DNA of 64,000 nucleotides from Desulfovirgula sp. (GTDB taxonomy: Bacteria; Bacillota; Desulfotomaculia; Desulfotomaculales; Nap2-2B), in NCBI GenBank assembly GCA_020725585.1, contig DYES01000065.1:737-64736 (forward strand). The letters are read 5' to 3'. Shown piece after piece: positions 22,327 to 33,271 of this stretch. Under the pieces are notes generated by a model. The model was not told where the DNA came from. It was given only the letters and a program-made list of their open reading frames with translations, and did not search any database. The translations under genes and the position numbers were made by a program. Within the stretch, counting starts at the first letter, position 1; the number at the start of each line of letters is the position of its first letter.

Positions 22327-24345
22327 TTAGCCCGCTTCTTCCGTTACCGGCAGCAGCCGGGGGTCTCTCCCCTGGAGTTCCAGGCGCAGCTCAATAAGCA
22401 GGTCACGCAGTTCTGCCGCCCGCTCGAATTCCAGGCGGCGCGCGCATTCCCGCATTTCTTTTTCCAGCCTGGCGATCATCTGCTTGAGCTCTTTTTTCGT
22501 CCGCCGGGCTGTTTTGTGTTCCTCGGAAGCCGCTGGTTTTTGCTGGACGGGCCGGGTGGCCTCAATGATCTCGCGTACGGCCTTTTGGACCGTTTGGGGG
22601 GTAATCCCGTTCCTTTCATTGTATTCCCTCTGCAAACGGCGGCGGCGTTCCGTCTCTTCAATTGCCCGGCGCATGGAAAGCGTGATCTGGTCCGCGTACA
22701 TAATTACCTTGCCCTCCGCGTTGCGGGCCGCCCGCCCAATGGTCTGAATGAGGGACCGCTCGGAGCGCAGGTAGCCCTCCTTATCCGCGTCCAGAATGGC
22801 CACCAGACTGACTTCCGGCAAATCCAGCCCCTCCCGCAGCAAATTAATCCCTACGAGCACGTCAAAGACGCCCAGGCGCAAATCCCGGATGATCTCCATC
22901 CGCTCGATGGCGTTGATGTCCGAATGCATGTAGCGGACCCGAATACCCACCCCGCGCAAATAATCGGTCAGGTCTTCGGCCATCCTTTTGGTCAGGGTAG
23001 TGATCAAAACCCGCTGGTTTTTGGCCACCCGGCAGCGAATTTCCCCTAGCAGGTCATCGATTTGCCCCCTGGTCGGGCGCACGGACAATTCGGGGTCCAC
23101 CAGCCCCGTCGGCCTAATGATTTGTTCCACCACCTGCCGGCTGTGCTCCAGCTCGTAGGAACCGGGTGTGGCGGAGACAAAGATGACCTGGTTGATGCGC
23201 TGTTCAAACTCGTGAAACGTCAGCGGCCGGTTGTCAAAAGCGCTGGGGAGCCGAAATCCGTATTCCACCAGAGCCGCCTTGCGGGAGCGATCACCTTCGT
23301 ACATCCCCCTCACCTGGGGAAGGGCCACGTGCGATTCATCGATAAACATCAAAAAGTCGTCCGGAAAATAATCAATTAAAGTGTACGGGGGCTCTCCCGG
23401 TGCGCGTCCGGTAAGGTGCCGGGAATAATTTTCGATCCCTTTGCAATACCCCATCTCGCGCATCATTTCAATTTCAAAATTAACGCGCTGCTCCAGGCGC
23501 TGGGCTTCCAGAAGCTTGCCCCGGCTGCGCAGTTCCCGGAGGCGTTCGGCAAGCTCTTCCTCAATGGCGGCAATAGCCCGCTCCATCCGGGGGCGGGAAA
23601 CGGTATAATGACTGGCCGGAAAAATCGAGACGTGCTGGCGTTCGCCTAAAATTTCCCCGGTCAGCACATCAAACTCTAAAATCCGTTCGAGTTCGTCACC
23701 GAAGAAGTCTAAACGGATGGCCCGCTCGGTGTAAGAGGCAGGATAAACTTCCAGAACGTCCCCTAAAACACGAAAGGTGCCGCGGGAAAAATCAATATTG
23801 TTCCGCTGGTACTGGATATCGACCAGCTTGCGGATAACGCCATCCCGGTCGTAAGCTTGACCGCGGCGCAAAGAAATAACCAGATCCCTGTATTCCCCCG
23901 GGTCGCCCAGGCCGTAAATACAGGATACGCTGGCCACGATGATCACGTCCCGGCGCTCAAAAAGGGCGCATGTGGCCGAATGGCGCAATTTGTCTATTTC
24001 GTCGTTAATGGAGGAATCCTTCTCTATATAGGTGTCCGTTTGGGGAATGTAGGCTTCCGGCTGGTAGTAGTCATAGTAGCTGATAAAATATTCCACCGCA
24101 TTCTCCGGGAAAAATTCCTTAAACTCGCTGCAAAGCTGGGCAGCCAGCGCCTTATTGGGTGCCAGGACCAGCGTAGGGCGCTGGACAGCGGCAATTACCT
24201 GGGCCATTGTATAGGTCTTCCCGCTGCCCGTTACCCCCAATAACGTCTGCATTTTGTATCCCCGCCGAAGACCCTCCACAAGAGCGGCGATAGCCTTGGG
24301 CTGATCCCCCTTCGGCTCATAATCAGATTTCAAACGAAATTGCAT
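22327..24345 (-). CDS. uvrB: excinuclease ABC subunit B
   Basis: [33 protein letters not shown] and a C-terminal UVR domain. Confidence 0.98.
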   Translation of the reverse strand: MQFRLKSDYEPKGDQPKAIAALVEGLRRGYKMQTLLGVTGSGKTYTMAQVIAAVQRPTLVLAPNKALAAQLCSEFKEFFPENAVEYFISYYDYYQPEAYIPQTDTYIEKDSSINDEIDKLRHSATCALFERRDVIIVASVSCIYGLGDPGEYRDLVISLRRGQAYDRDGVIRKLVDIQYQRNNIDFSRGTFRVLGDVLEVYPASYTERAIRLDFFGDELERILEFDVLTGEILGERQHVSIFPASHYTVSRPRMERAIAAIEEELAERLRELRSRGKLLEAQRLEQRVNFEIEMMREMGYCKGIENYSRHLTGRAPGEPPYTLIDYFPDDFLMFIDESHVALPQVRGMYEGDRSRKAALVEYGFRLPSAFDNRPLTFHEFEQRINQVIFVSATPGSYELEHSRQVVEQIIRPTGLVDPELSVRPTRGQIDDLLGEIRCRVAKNQRVLITTLTKRMAEDLTDYLRGVGIRVRYMHSDINAIERMEIIRDLRLGVFDVLVGINLLREGLDLPEVSLVAILDADKEGYLRSERSLIQTIGRAARNAEGKVIMYADQITLSMRRAIEETERRRRLQREYNERNGITPQTVQKAVREIIEATRPVQQKPAASEEHKTARRTKKELKQMIARLEKEMRECARRLEFERAAELRDLLIELRLELQGRDPRLLPVTEEAG

Positions 24346-24458
24346 CGCGGTTGCTCCTCTTTTTCACCATTATTTCCCCGAAAATATTTCCCCGAAAACT
24401 CTTGAGAACATCTGCCGCCTGTATTATATCACAAGCCCAAAGCATATTTTAACCGCCC

Positions 24459-25718
24459 TCAAAAACCTTCTTTCGGGGCCTGTCCCTCCTGGGACGACTC
24501 GATGCTCTTCACCTCTCCGGGAATCTCTATCTCCATCGTTTTTCCTTCCTGAGTGGTAATCTTTAATTTTGTTTTCGCCCGCTGGCCGCCGCCGGATTGT
24601 TTTCCCGCGCCTTCCGATCCCTCTCCCCCGTCTTCACCGGAGCTTTCCGACCCACTTCCCCCGCCCCGGTCCTGACCCTGTCCTGCTCCTTCTTCCTGTT
24701 TCTTCCGGATTTCTTTGCCCCACCGCTGCTCCAGGAGATAGGCATTTGTTTTCTCGATCAAGCGCACGGGCGTAATTTTTGCGGGCACACTGTAATTGCC
24801 GTTGTTTACCCGGGCATCGTACTGCCAGTGTCCCGTTTTGGCCAGGCTCACCGCGGCGTCAAGAACGTAGTGGCCCACCAGCTCCGGCATGGTGTCCACC
24901 TCGGCATCGTGATCGCCTGCCACTAATGCCCGGGCAGCGGTCCGGTCAGCTCCGACACCCAGAGTCAAAACCTGCTCGCTCAAGCCGGCAGATTTTAAGG
25001 CGGCCACGGCTCCCGCAGCAAGGCGGCTATCGGTAGCCAAAACTACATCGATCCTATTTTCGAAAATGGCCTGCCGAACGTTGCGCTCAGCCGCCTCCCG
25101 GTCGTTGCGGGGATGCTCCAATTCTTTGAGCACCCGCATGTTTTCAGTTAAAGAATGGCGAATAGCCGCGGCGATTTCCTGCGCTGCCGGGTCGGCGGGG
25201 CCGCCCTTTAAAATCAGCGCGTTTAAAGGTTTTTGCCGGCCGGCCCGGTTTAAAACATAGCGGACCTGCAACTGGCCGGCCAGAACATGGTCAGAGGCTA
25301 TATAGCCGTCGAGAGGGGCATTGCCGACCAGTTTTTCCAGCACGATTACTTTTATATTCTCCCTGGCCAAAGCTTCCACAAGCAGGGAGCTTTGCGCCGG
25401 GTCCACCGGTTGCAAAACGACTGCTTTTACTTTTTGCCGGCCAGTTTTTCTCAGTAAATGTTCGATCTGTCTTTGCTGTTCAGCAGGATCGTTTTTAGCG
25501 TCCAGCCAGGTGATGTCTAAGCGCTCCCCCCTGCTCCTTTCCTCTACCGTCTTCCGGAGAACCTGCATGCCATCCCATTCTAAATCAGCAACGGCGACGG
25601 CAATCGGAAGGCGCGGGGGAAGGGGCTTTTTTTCCGGTTCAGGGCTGCAACCGCCGATCAAAAAGACAAAAGCGGCGAACAATATTAACCATCTATGAAA
25701 AGAAGTGAAATTGCTCAT
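24459..25718 (-). CDS. orphan sugar-binding-protein-like (RbsB/XylF fold) lipoprotein with low-complexity C-terminal tail
   Basis: Lipobox IGGC, DAKNDPAEQ, VVLQPVD, YIASDH..AGQLQ and GVGAD motifs; G/S/E-rich tail. Confidence 0.75.
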   Translation of the reverse strand: MSNFTSFHRWLILFAAFVFLIGGCSPEPEKKPLPPRLPIAVAVADLEWDGMQVLRKTVEERSRGERLDITWLDAKNDPAEQQRQIEHLLRKTGRQKVKAVVLQPVDPAQSSLLVEALARENIKVIVLEKLVGNAPLDGYIASDHVLAGQLQVRYVLNRAGRQKPLNALILKGGPADPAAQEIAAAIRHSLTENMRVLKELEHPRNDREAAERNVRQAIFENRIDVVLATDSRLAAGAVAALKSAGLSEQVLTLGVGADRTAARALVAGDHDAEVDTMPELVGHYVLDAAVSLAKTGHWQYDARVNNGNYSVPAKITPVRLIEKTNAYLLEQRWGKEIRKKQEEGAGQGQDRGGGSGSESSGEDGGEGSEGAGKQSGGGQRAKTKLKITTQEGKTMEIEIPGEVKSIESSQEGQAPKEGF

Positions 25719-25908
25719 CTCCTTCCCCCCTGATTATTTGTATTATGCTTAATCCGGGAGGAAATATGAGATAAGCAATCAGTTGCCAGTAATTAACAAA
25801 AAACAATTTACATATATATACTACAGAATAAATATCAAAAAAACAGCTAATTATTTTTTAAGTCCGGTTCCCAACTTCCCTTGCCCTAAGCAAAGGTGGT
25901 TGATCGCC

Positions 25909-26202
25909 TTGTTAAAATTAATCCGCATTAATATTTATCACTGGCTTATTAAACAAACAGTCTACCATCGATCAAAACAGATGGGTCTTTTAGAGATGAT
26001 CGAGGAGTCCCGGCTATCCTGGCTAAACGCGCGCAATGAATTTAACCTGGGTGATCGGGAAGTCATTGAGTATTTAATTTATAAAATTAATGCCGCCGAG
26101 AAAAGGTATATGGTTTTGCTCAATCAGGCCCGCGCGCAGGGGATTACGGCCTGGCCCGTTGAGCGACTAAAGCCGGTCGTCTTAACGGTCAGCAGTGAAT
26201 AG
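25909..26202 (+). CDS. YaaL/DUF2508 family protein
   Basis: W..A...FN..D..VIEYLIYKINAAEKRYMVLL.QAR pattern; TTG start after AAGGTGGT RBS (start uncertain). Confidence 0.72.
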   Translation: MLKLIRINIYHWLIKQTVYHRSKQMGLLEMIEESRLSWLNARNEFNLGDREVIEYLIYKINAAEKRYMVLLNQARAQGITAWPVERLKPVVLTVSSE

Positions 26203-26827
26203 AGTAATGGCCGGGATCGATAAGTTCCCGGTACTTGGCCACCACCTGTTTGAAGTCTTCCCAGCTTTCCCTTTTCAACGAAGGGTTGCGGAGCAGGGCC
26301 GCCGGATGATAGGTGGGCAGAATAAAGACACCCTCTTTACGCACCCACTTCCCGCGGTCCCGCGTTATTTTTCCCCTGGGATTCAGAACCGCCTGCAAGG
26401 CTGCCGAACCCAGAAGAACCAGGATTTTTGGCTGCAGAATACGCAACTGTGCGTTTAAGTTCGGGCGGCAGGCAGCCACCTCCATCTCCGTAGGCGTCCG
26501 GTTTCCCGGCGGGCGGCATTTGACCACATTGAGAATATAAACGTGCGTAAAGCGCTCGAACCCGCAGGCCTCCAGAATTTTATCCAGCAGCTGGCCGGCT
26601 CTGCCTACAAAGGGACGCCCCAGCAGGTCTTCGTCCGCCCCCGGCCCTTCCCCGCACAAGACAAGGCGCGCCTGGGGATTCCCTTCGCCAAAAACCACGC
26701 CCCGGCAACCGGCTCTTAAGTTACACCGTGTACACTGCTTGACCTTTTCCTCGAGGTCTTCCAGATTGTCAATGCCGGACAAATCCCAATCGGGATCAGC
26801 AAATAAACTTGTTTCCCCAAACAGCAT
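26189..26827 (-). CDS. uracil-DNA glycosylase family 4 (Fe-S)
   Basis: CTRCNL, GEGPG, GRPFVGRAG, KCRPPGNR and TYHPAALLRN motifs. Confidence 0.93.
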   Translation of the reverse strand: MLFGETSLFADPDWDLSGIDNLEDLEEKVKQCTRCNLRAGCRGVVFGEGNPQARLVLCGEGPGADEDLLGRPFVGRAGQLLDKILEACGFERFTHVYILNVVKCRPPGNRTPTEMEVAACRPNLNAQLRILQPKILVLLGSAALQAVLNPRGKITRDRGKWVRKEGVFILPTYHPAALLRNPSLKRESWEDFKQVVAKYRELIDPGHYSIHC

Positions 26828-26932
26828 CCAAGCGCCCTCCCACCAGCTAAGTCAGAAAAAAATCTAAAGAATCAAACGACCAATTTTAATAATATTTTTT
26901 ACCTTTTCGCCAGAAATAAGATAAAATCCTTT

Positions 26933-26964
26933 AAAAAAACAAGGCCCCCTTTACTGGGGGTCTT
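26933..26964 (-). terminator. terminator after cooT
   Basis: Minus strand AAGACCCCC-agtaaa-GGGGGCCTT followed by GTTTTTT. Confidence 0.6.
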
Positions 26965-26982
26965 TTGGAAATTGTTAGAAGT

Positions 26983-27171
26983 TTATTCTTTTTCTAAGAT
27001 TATCCGGTGGTCCACTAAAGAAAGCTCGGCGATCCTGGCTTTAATGATCTTGCGGCGGCCAAAAATATCCTCCAGCATTAAGCCGTCCTCATGAGGAACC
27101 ACTTTATCCACCGCTTCCAAGAACAGCTCCTCCTGGCCGTCTTTTCGCAAGTAAGCGTTGGCTTCACACAT
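26983..27171 (-). CDS. cooT: CooT family nickel-binding protein
   Basis: MCEANAY (Cys2)...EDIFG...DHRIIL, 62 aa; GAGGAG RBS. Confidence 0.85.
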   Translation of the reverse strand: MCEANAYLRKDGQEELFLEAVDKVVPHEDGLMLEDIFGRRKIIKARIAELSLVDHRIILEKE

Positions 27172-27269
27172 AAAGATACATCTCCTCACTATATATAGTA
27201 ATCTGGCGGACAATAGCAGCTCCTTGCCTCTTTAAAGAAGATCTGCCTCCGTGGCATACGCTTACCTAG

Positions 27270-27298
27270 ATTATATTAACGACTCTCCCCTAAGTCAA
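27270..27298 (-). promoter_or_regulatory. sigma-A promoter of cooT
   Basis: TTGACT-N17-TATAAT. Confidence 0.7.
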
Positions 27299-27421
27299 CG
27301 GTTAGAAATAACACAAATACTACAATCATGAAAATATTTCTTATCGGCCTGAAGGCGTCTTTTTAGCGACGTTGGACGAAGGGCAAGGTGAAGTTTGCTT
27401 AAAATTAAGGCAATAACAAAA

Positions 27422-28660
27422 TTAATGTTTGCATCTCCTCCAGAAATCTCCCCACCACCTGCCTAGAGGCCCGGCAGTGCCGAACTCCATATACGTTTCC
27501 TCTGTCCCCTCAGGAACGGCGAGGACGCCAAAAGCCCGTGTTGTCGCCGCCGAGGCCACTTCCCGCCGGTAAAACCGCCCCTTGCCTTGCAGAAATTCCA
27601 CCTCCACCGGCCAAAATGTCTCCCCTAAAGCAGCTTCCAGGCCGGCCCGGTTAAAAACCCGCCGTCCGTTGACGGATAAAATTACGTCGCCCGAACGAAT
27701 TCCCGCCCTCCAGGCGGGAGTATCAAAAAGCGTGTCCAGCACCCTCACCCCTTCTGGACAAGGTACGTATAAAGGCGGATCGTTAAACTCTAGCTTTTTG
27801 CCAATGAAAATAACCAGCTCATGTCCCAGTGGTGAAAAGAGGGCCGCAAGGAAAGCAACGAAGCGCGAATTTTGCGCGAAGACGCTTAACATTAACAAAA
27901 CAAAGCTATACAACCCCAGATACAAAGCAGAGAACCTGCTTTTTTGCCGCGGGTTACGGGCAATGGCCAGGTCCCCGTACCCCAAGCCGGCCACCACCGG
28001 AAGCATACTGTAAACAACGTTTTCTAGATTGTCAATGCCGTCGGGTTTCAACAACGGCCACCAGTCGGGCATGTTGATTCCTTCTGGCGCTAAAGCGTGC
28101 CCGACCACCACGAGGACGACAATGGGGATGGGCCAAAACTTTTGCATGGTAAACCCCCCCACTACGCGCCCCCGCTTATCCTTAAAATAGCCGGGCACCG
28201 CACCCAGGTGGCCGGAGGTAAGGATCAGTATACTCTCCACCATGTGCAAAATAGCCACCAGGGCTAGAATCTGGGCAATATCCAGGGAGGGAAAGCCAAA
28301 AAGCAAATTGGCCATCGCCAGCAGCCCGCCGGCGTAGGCAAAACATAAAAAACGCGCGTTAATGAGCATCAAGAGGATGGCCACCGGCCACAAGTAAATT
28401 AAACTCGAACCAGAGACGGTCAGGCCTACCACAACAATCAACAGGCTTCCGGCGAAGCCGCCAATGATTCCGTAGATTGCGGCTGCCAGCGTATCCGACC
28501 AGACCGGGCGGGTTTTAATGCCGAAAAGGCTCTCCCTTACCGCCGACATGCGCCGGTATTGGAGGGCCACCAGCAAAACCACGACCCAAAACAAAGGCTC
28601 AAAAAGCACCGTGAGCAGCGAACCCAGGAGCAGGGGGAGGATGCGGTCAAAGGGAAACAT
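27422..28660 (-). CDS. PDZ-domain membrane protein (MinJ/YvjD-like)
   Basis: Multiple TM helices and a C-terminal PDZ domain (PAWRAGIRSGDVILSVNG); located after ctpB as in Bacillus. Confidence 0.8.
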   Translation of the reverse strand: MFPFDRILPLLLGSLLTVLFEPLFWVVVLLVALQYRRMSAVRESLFGIKTRPVWSDTLAAAIYGIIGGFAGSLLIVVVGLTVSGSSLIYLWPVAILLMLINARFLCFAYAGGLLAMANLLFGFPSLDIAQILALVAILHMVESILILTSGHLGAVPGYFKDKRGRVVGGFTMQKFWPIPIVVLVVVGHALAPEGINMPDWWPLLKPDGIDNLENVVYSMLPVVAGLGYGDLAIARNPRQKSRFSALYLGLYSFVLLMLSVFAQNSRFVAFLAALFSPLGHELVIFIGKKLEFNDPPLYVPCPEGVRVLDTLFDTPAWRAGIRSGDVILSVNGRRVFNRAGLEAALGETFWPVEVEFLQGKGRFYRREVASAATTRAFGVLAVPEGTEETYMEFGTAGPLGRWWGDFWRRCKH

Positions 28661-28675
28661 TGCTTCACCAGCCTT

Positions 28676-29845
28676 TTAAGCTGCCTGCTTAATCTTGTCC
28701 TGGAGGATTTCCAGGGCTTTTTGCAGCTGCCGGTCTTCCTTGCCGGGCTCCTGCGAAACAACTACATCAGGTTCGATTCCCTTTTTGTGAATATCGCGTT
28801 TGGCCGGTGTTAAGTAACGGGCGGTGGTCAGCTTTAAACCGGCGCCGTTATCCAGCCTGAATAACTCCTGGACAACCCCCTTGCCAAAAGTTTTTTCACC
28901 GACCAGAACTCCGGATTTGGTATCCTTAATTGCACCGGCTAAAATTTCCGCCGCGCTTGCACTTGCCCTGTTTACCAGCACAGCCAGCGGAACGTCCAGC
29001 TTGTGCCCGTTAACCGTATAGGTCTCGTCTTTTCCCGTCCGGTAATCTATATGCACTACCGGCCCGCGGGGAATAAAATGCTCGGCAACTTTCACCGCCG
29101 CCCTCAATTCACCGCCGGGATTATCCCGCAGGTCCAAAAGAAGCCCCTGCATACCCTGCTTTTGCAGGCGTACCAGCAAAGCGTCCACTTCTTCAGGAGT
29201 TTTCATCGTGAACTGGGTCAGGGCCAGGTAGCCCACGCTCGTGCCGGGAATTATATATCCTTCCGCTGTAGGCACGTTGATTTGTTCCCGGACGATCTCT
29301 AATTCGCGGACTACAGGGTTGTCCTGGCGGGTTAGGGATAACCTGATTTTGGTTCCCACCGGCCCCCGCATCAACCCCACCGCGGTTTCCAGGTCCAGCC
29401 CTTTCGTGTCCCGATCGTTAATCTTTACAATTATATCGCCTTCCGTGATTCCAGCCCTTTTGGCGGGCGTCCCGGGGTACGCCCGCACGACGGTTAGCCG
29501 GCCGTCTTTAATGGTGACGACAATGCCCAATCCGCCAAACGTGCCGCTGATCTGCTCTTCCAGCTGGGCGAACATTTTCGGATCGAGATAGACCGAATAA
29601 GGATCGCCCAGCGCCTCAACAAGCCCGCGGATAGCGCCGTCAACCAGGTCGGCTACGTTTACCGGCTCTAAATAACGCGAGTTAATTAACGATACTACCT
29701 TAAATAAATTGCCAAAGTTTTTATAATTGGTGGCAATGATCCCGCCAGCTCCGAGAACGAACAAAAAAATGAGCACGGCCAAAAGAACCAGGCCCCGCCA
29801 CAGCCATTTCCTGGTGCGGTAAAAATAATAACGCATGCCGGTCAC
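28676..29845 (-). CDS. S41 carboxyl-terminal protease (CtpA/CtpB family)
   Basis: DPYSVY, PDZ domain, LDLRDNPGG, SASAAEILAGA and TFGKGVVQ motifs. Confidence 0.93.
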   Translation of the reverse strand: MTGMRYYFYRTRKWLWRGLVLLAVLIFLFVLGAGGIIATNYKNFGNLFKVVSLINSRYLEPVNVADLVDGAIRGLVEALGDPYSVYLDPKMFAQLEEQISGTFGGLGIVVTIKDGRLTVVRAYPGTPAKRAGITEGDIIVKINDRDTKGLDLETAVGLMRGPVGTKIRLSLTRQDNPVVRELEIVREQINVPTAEGYIIPGTSVGYLALTQFTMKTPEEVDALLVRLQKQGMQGLLLDLRDNPGGELRAAVKVAEHFIPRGPVVHIDYRTGKDETYTVNGHKLDVPLAVLVNRASASAAEILAGAIKDTKSGVLVGEKTFGKGVVQELFRLDNGAGLKLTTARYLTPAKRDIHKKGIEPDVVVSQEPGKEDRQLQKALEILQDKIKQAA

Positions 29846-30037
29846 CTTTCCAGTGTATTATGTATATATTAGCTACGTTATTATACTATACCAATAATAT
29901 CATAAAAAATTAAAACTATAAAAATCAAAAAAAGATTAAACGAAAAAAAACCGGCAGCGCCGATTCTCTTTGATTCAGAATTTTAGATATTAACAAAAGG
30001 TCAATAGGGAATGAATATTTATGACTTACCTGCCCTC

Positions 30038-31165
30038 TTATAAATACGAGTTGGGGTCAACCGGCGAACCGTTAACCATCACTGTAAAATGAAGGTGTGG
30101 ACCCGTAGACATGCCCGTGCTGCCTACCCGGCCGATAATCTGTCCCTTCGCCACTTCTTGACCCGTAGAAACCACCTGCGCGGAAAGGTGGGCGTACAGG
30201 GTCACCACCCCGCCTCCATGATCACACATGATTACCCGCCCGTATCCGCTCATGTACCCGACGTGAATAACCGTGCCGTCCTGCGCAGCCACCACTTTTG
30301 CCCCCGTGGGAGCAGGAATGTCAATTCCGTCATGGAAACGCTCGACACGTAAAATGGGGTGGACCCGGTATCCGTAACCCGAGGACACGGAGTAGTAACC
30401 GGGAACGGGCCAGGCAAAAGAGCCGCCCTTGCGCGGAGCCTTTTTAGCGTTCTGCAAGGCAATCTGCCTTAAAATTTCCCTTTCCTGCGCTTCTAACCGG
30501 TCAATTTCCTCCTGGTGACGGCTCAACGCGGCCTGCGCCGAGGCTACCAGATTCCTTTGTTTAACCTGGTCGGCCTTGAGCTGCTGCAGGATAGCCTCCT
30601 GCTCTTGAAGAAGCCCGGCAACCTGGTTGCGCTTGTTTTCCAGTTCGGCTTTTCTTTCCGCAATGTGGGCCTGCTCAACCTTTACCTGCCTGACAATCTG
30701 GGCATCCTGGGCAATCACCCGCTTGAGCAGCTCGTAACGGTTCAGCAGATCCCAAAAATCCCTTGCGCTAAAGAGTACTTCCAGATAACTGACCTGTCCC
30801 CAGAGATAGACGTTGTACAGACGCCCGCCCAATTTCTGCCTGCTTTTCGCCAGCCTGGCCTGGGCTTCCTGTAAATTTTCTTCCGCCTTGCGCAGTTCAG
30901 CATGAGCAATTTCCAGAGCGTTATTAAGCTCATTAATTTTATTTTCTTTTTCGTTAATCACCCGGTTTAATTCCGTCAAGCGATTGATGTAACGGTTAAC
31001 TTCCCGCTTTTCCCGGTTTACTTCCTGCCTTTTTTGATAAAGCTGATTTCTCGTCTGCTGTAGCTTTTCTTCCAGGCTCAAGCCATACGCCGCATTCACC
31101 GCACTGCCGGCAAAAATAAGCACCAAAATAAACACCAAAAGTTTGCGCCAGGGTGTTCCGGCCAT
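30038..31165 (-). CDS. coiled-coil + M23 peptidase (EnvC-like murein hydrolase/activator)
   Basis: Signal peptide, long coiled coil, HDGID, YAHL and STGPHLHF; follows ftsEX. Confidence 0.9.
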   Translation of the reverse strand: MAGTPWRKLLVFILVLIFAGSAVNAAYGLSLEEKLQQTRNQLYQKRQEVNREKREVNRYINRLTELNRVINEKENKINELNNALEIAHAELRKAEENLQEAQARLAKSRQKLGGRLYNVYLWGQVSYLEVLFSARDFWDLLNRYELLKRVIAQDAQIVRQVKVEQAHIAERKAELENKRNQVAGLLQEQEAILQQLKADQVKQRNLVASAQAALSRHQEEIDRLEAQEREILRQIALQNAKKAPRKGGSFAWPVPGYYSVSSGYGYRVHPILRVERFHDGIDIPAPTGAKVVAAQDGTVIHVGYMSGYGRVIMCDHGGGVVTLYAHLSAQVVSTGQEVAKGQIIGRVGSTGMSTGPHLHFTVMVNGSPVDPNSYL

Positions 31166-31184
31166 TTGTGTTCTCCCCCGCTAA

Positions 31185-32063
31185 TTAAACATTTAAGAAC
31201 CGATGGACGGAAAGCACGCTGCCTGCCGCGCCGATAACCAGCCCTAAACCGATAATACAGGCAAAAACAGGAGAAATTTCATTTAATTGATTGGCGAGTG
31301 GAAAAAAGGGAATTAACGCGCTGACTTCCTTGATAATCAGGAAGTACCCGTAGTAAACGGTGACGGCGGCCAAAAAGGCGCCGGCCACCCCCAGAAACAT
31401 TCCCTCTAAAAGAAAGGGAAAACGGATAAACCAGTTGGTTGCGCCCAGATACTTCATGATGTTGATTTCTCTCCGCCTGGAAAAAACAGAAACCCTAATC
31501 GTTGTAAAAATAAGGAAAACTGCCGCCACGCCCAGAACGGCCATACTTACCCAGCCGGCCATGCGGATCCCCCGGGTAACCATCAACAGCTTTTCCACCA
31601 ACCCTTGTCCATAACGTACTTCTTCCACACCGGCCAGCTTTGCAATTTCTCCGGCTACCCGGGGAACCTGCTGCGGGTCAATGGTTTTCACCCGGAAGGC
31701 GTCTGGAAGCGGGTTGTAATCCAGCCCCTCAAGCTTATCGGCGCCAATGCTTTGCCGCATTTTTTCCAGAGCCTGCTCTTTGGAGATAAACTCCACTTCC
31801 GCTACTCCAGGAACAAATTTAATCTCCTCACGAAGCCGCCGGACCTGTTCTTCGGCCAAATCATTCTTTAAAAAAACGCTTATTTCGAGCATTGACTCCA
31901 GCGCGCCGGCTAATTTGTTGGCATTTAACACCAGCAACAGACAGCATCCCAAAATAAACAGAGAAACGGTCACCGTTCCTATGGAAGCCAAAGAAAGCCA
32001 GCCGTTGCGCCGCAGGGAAGTAAAAGCTTCTCGGAAATAGTAACGGACCGTGTTAAGCGCCAT
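31185..32063 (-). CDS. ftsX: cell division permease-like protein FtsX
   Basis: NPLPDAF and RRREINIMKYLGATNWFIRFPFLLEG motifs; start MALNTV. Confidence 0.94.
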   Translation of the reverse strand: MALNTVRYYFREAFTSLRRNGWLSLASIGTVTVSLFILGCCLLLVLNANKLAGALESMLEISVFLKNDLAEEQVRRLREEIKFVPGVAEVEFISKEQALEKMRQSIGADKLEGLDYNPLPDAFRVKTIDPQQVPRVAGEIAKLAGVEEVRYGQGLVEKLLMVTRGIRMAGWVSMAVLGVAAVFLIFTTIRVSVFSRRREINIMKYLGATNWFIRFPFLLEGMFLGVAGAFLAAVTVYYGYFLIIKEVSALIPFFPLANQLNEISPVFACIIGLGLVIGAAGSVLSVHRFLNV

Positions 32064-32739
32064 AGCTGTAAGCCCCACTTTCCTCGTCCCGCACGATCCG
32101 GCCCTGCGCCAGCGCAACCACCCTTTTTTTCATGGCGTTCACAATATCCCAGGCATGGGTGGCCATGATAATAGTGGTCCCCTGTTCATTAATCCTTTGA
32201 AAAAGCTTCATCAGCTCCCAGGAAGTCTCGGGATCAAGGTTGCCCGTAGGTTCGTCAGCAATGATCAGCAAGGGATTATTGACCAGCGCCCTGGCCACGC
32301 AGACCCTTTGTTGCTCACCGCCGGAAAGCTGGTGGGGGAACATTTTCGCCTTTCCTTCCAGGCCAACCAGCCCTAATACTTCCGGCACGCGTTTTTTGAT
32401 TTCCTTAGGAGATGCCCCGGTTACCTCGAGAGCAAAAGCAACATTTTCGAAAACGTTTTTTTGGGGCAGCAAACGAAAATCTTGAAAGATCATCCCTATT
32501 TTCCGGCGGTGGAAAGGAATTTCCCGCGCGCGCAGGCGGACAATATTTTTCCCGTTAAAAATAACCTGGCCCCGGGTAGGCAGCTCTTCACGAAAAACAA
32601 GCCTGGCCAGAGTGGTCTTTCCGGCCCCGCTCGGTCCAACCAGAAATAAAAAATCCCCCCGGCGCACATGAAGGTTTACATTGTCCAGCGCAGTGACCCC
32701 GTTTGGATATACTTTAGACACGTTGTACAACCGGAGCAC
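32053..32739 (-). CDS. ftsE: cell division ATP-binding protein FtsE
   Basis: [24 protein letters not shown] and [11 protein letters not shown] motifs; GTG start assumed. Confidence 0.95.
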   Translation of the reverse strand: MLRLYNVSKVYPNGVTALDNVNLHVRRGDFLFLVGPSGAGKTTLARLVFREELPTRGQVIFNGKNIVRLRAREIPFHRRKIGMIFQDFRLLPQKNVFENVAFALEVTGASPKEIKKRVPEVLGLVGLEGKAKMFPHQLSGGEQQRVCVARALVNNPLLIIADEPTGNLDPETSWELMKLFQRINEQGTTIIMATHAWDIVNAMKKRVVALAQGRIVRDEESGAYSYGA

Positions 32740-32762
32740 AAAATTACACCTCAAGTTGCTTA

Positions 32763-32790
32763 TTTCGACATCATCTAGACAATCTCCTTC
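32763..32790 (-). promoter_or_regulatory. sigma-H-like promoter of ftsEX
   Basis: GAAGGAGAT-N12-GTCGAAA. Confidence 0.45.
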
Positions 32791-32811
32791 TAAAAAAAGT
32801 AAAAATATTAC

Positions 32812-33195
32812 TTAGCTTACTGTTAAAAATTTTGCCGTCGCCCGCGCGGCCCGCCTGCCGTCCGGCAAAACGATCTGGGCGGATAGTTCATAAAGCCGCC
32901 GGTGGATCTTTTCGCACCGGGCCTCCACCACTACCTCCTGTCCAATAGCCACCGGGAAACTGAACCGGACGTTCATTTCCGCCGTCATCGCCCTGATTTG
33001 TTTTCGCCACAACCACTGCGCCATCGCTTCATCCAACATGGTTGCCAGCAGGCCGCCGTGCACAAAACCGTCCCATCCCTGGTGGTTTTCGCTGCCCTTA
33101 AAAACCGCGCGGCAGATTTCGTCTTCCATGGCAAATTTTAAATGCAGGCCGATTGGGTTTTTTGGACTGCAGGCGAAGCACATGCTATCCCGCAC
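32812..33195 (-). CDS. PaaI family (hotdog) thioesterase
   Basis: CFACSPKNPIGL and HQGW.G.VHGGLLATMLDEAM motifs; GTG start after GAGGAGG. Confidence 0.88.
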   Translation of the reverse strand: MRDSMCFACSPKNPIGLHLKFAMEDEICRAVFKGSENHQGWDGFVHGGLLATMLDEAMAQWLWRKQIRAMTAEMNVRFSFPVAIGQEVVVEARCEKIHRRLYELSAQIVLPDGRRAARATAKFLTVS

Positions 33196-33271
33196 GAAAC
33201 ACCCCTCCTCTCCGATGAAAGGAAAAGCTGGGCCGGCGGCCCAGCTCAAAAAACGGATTAATTTTATGGAA

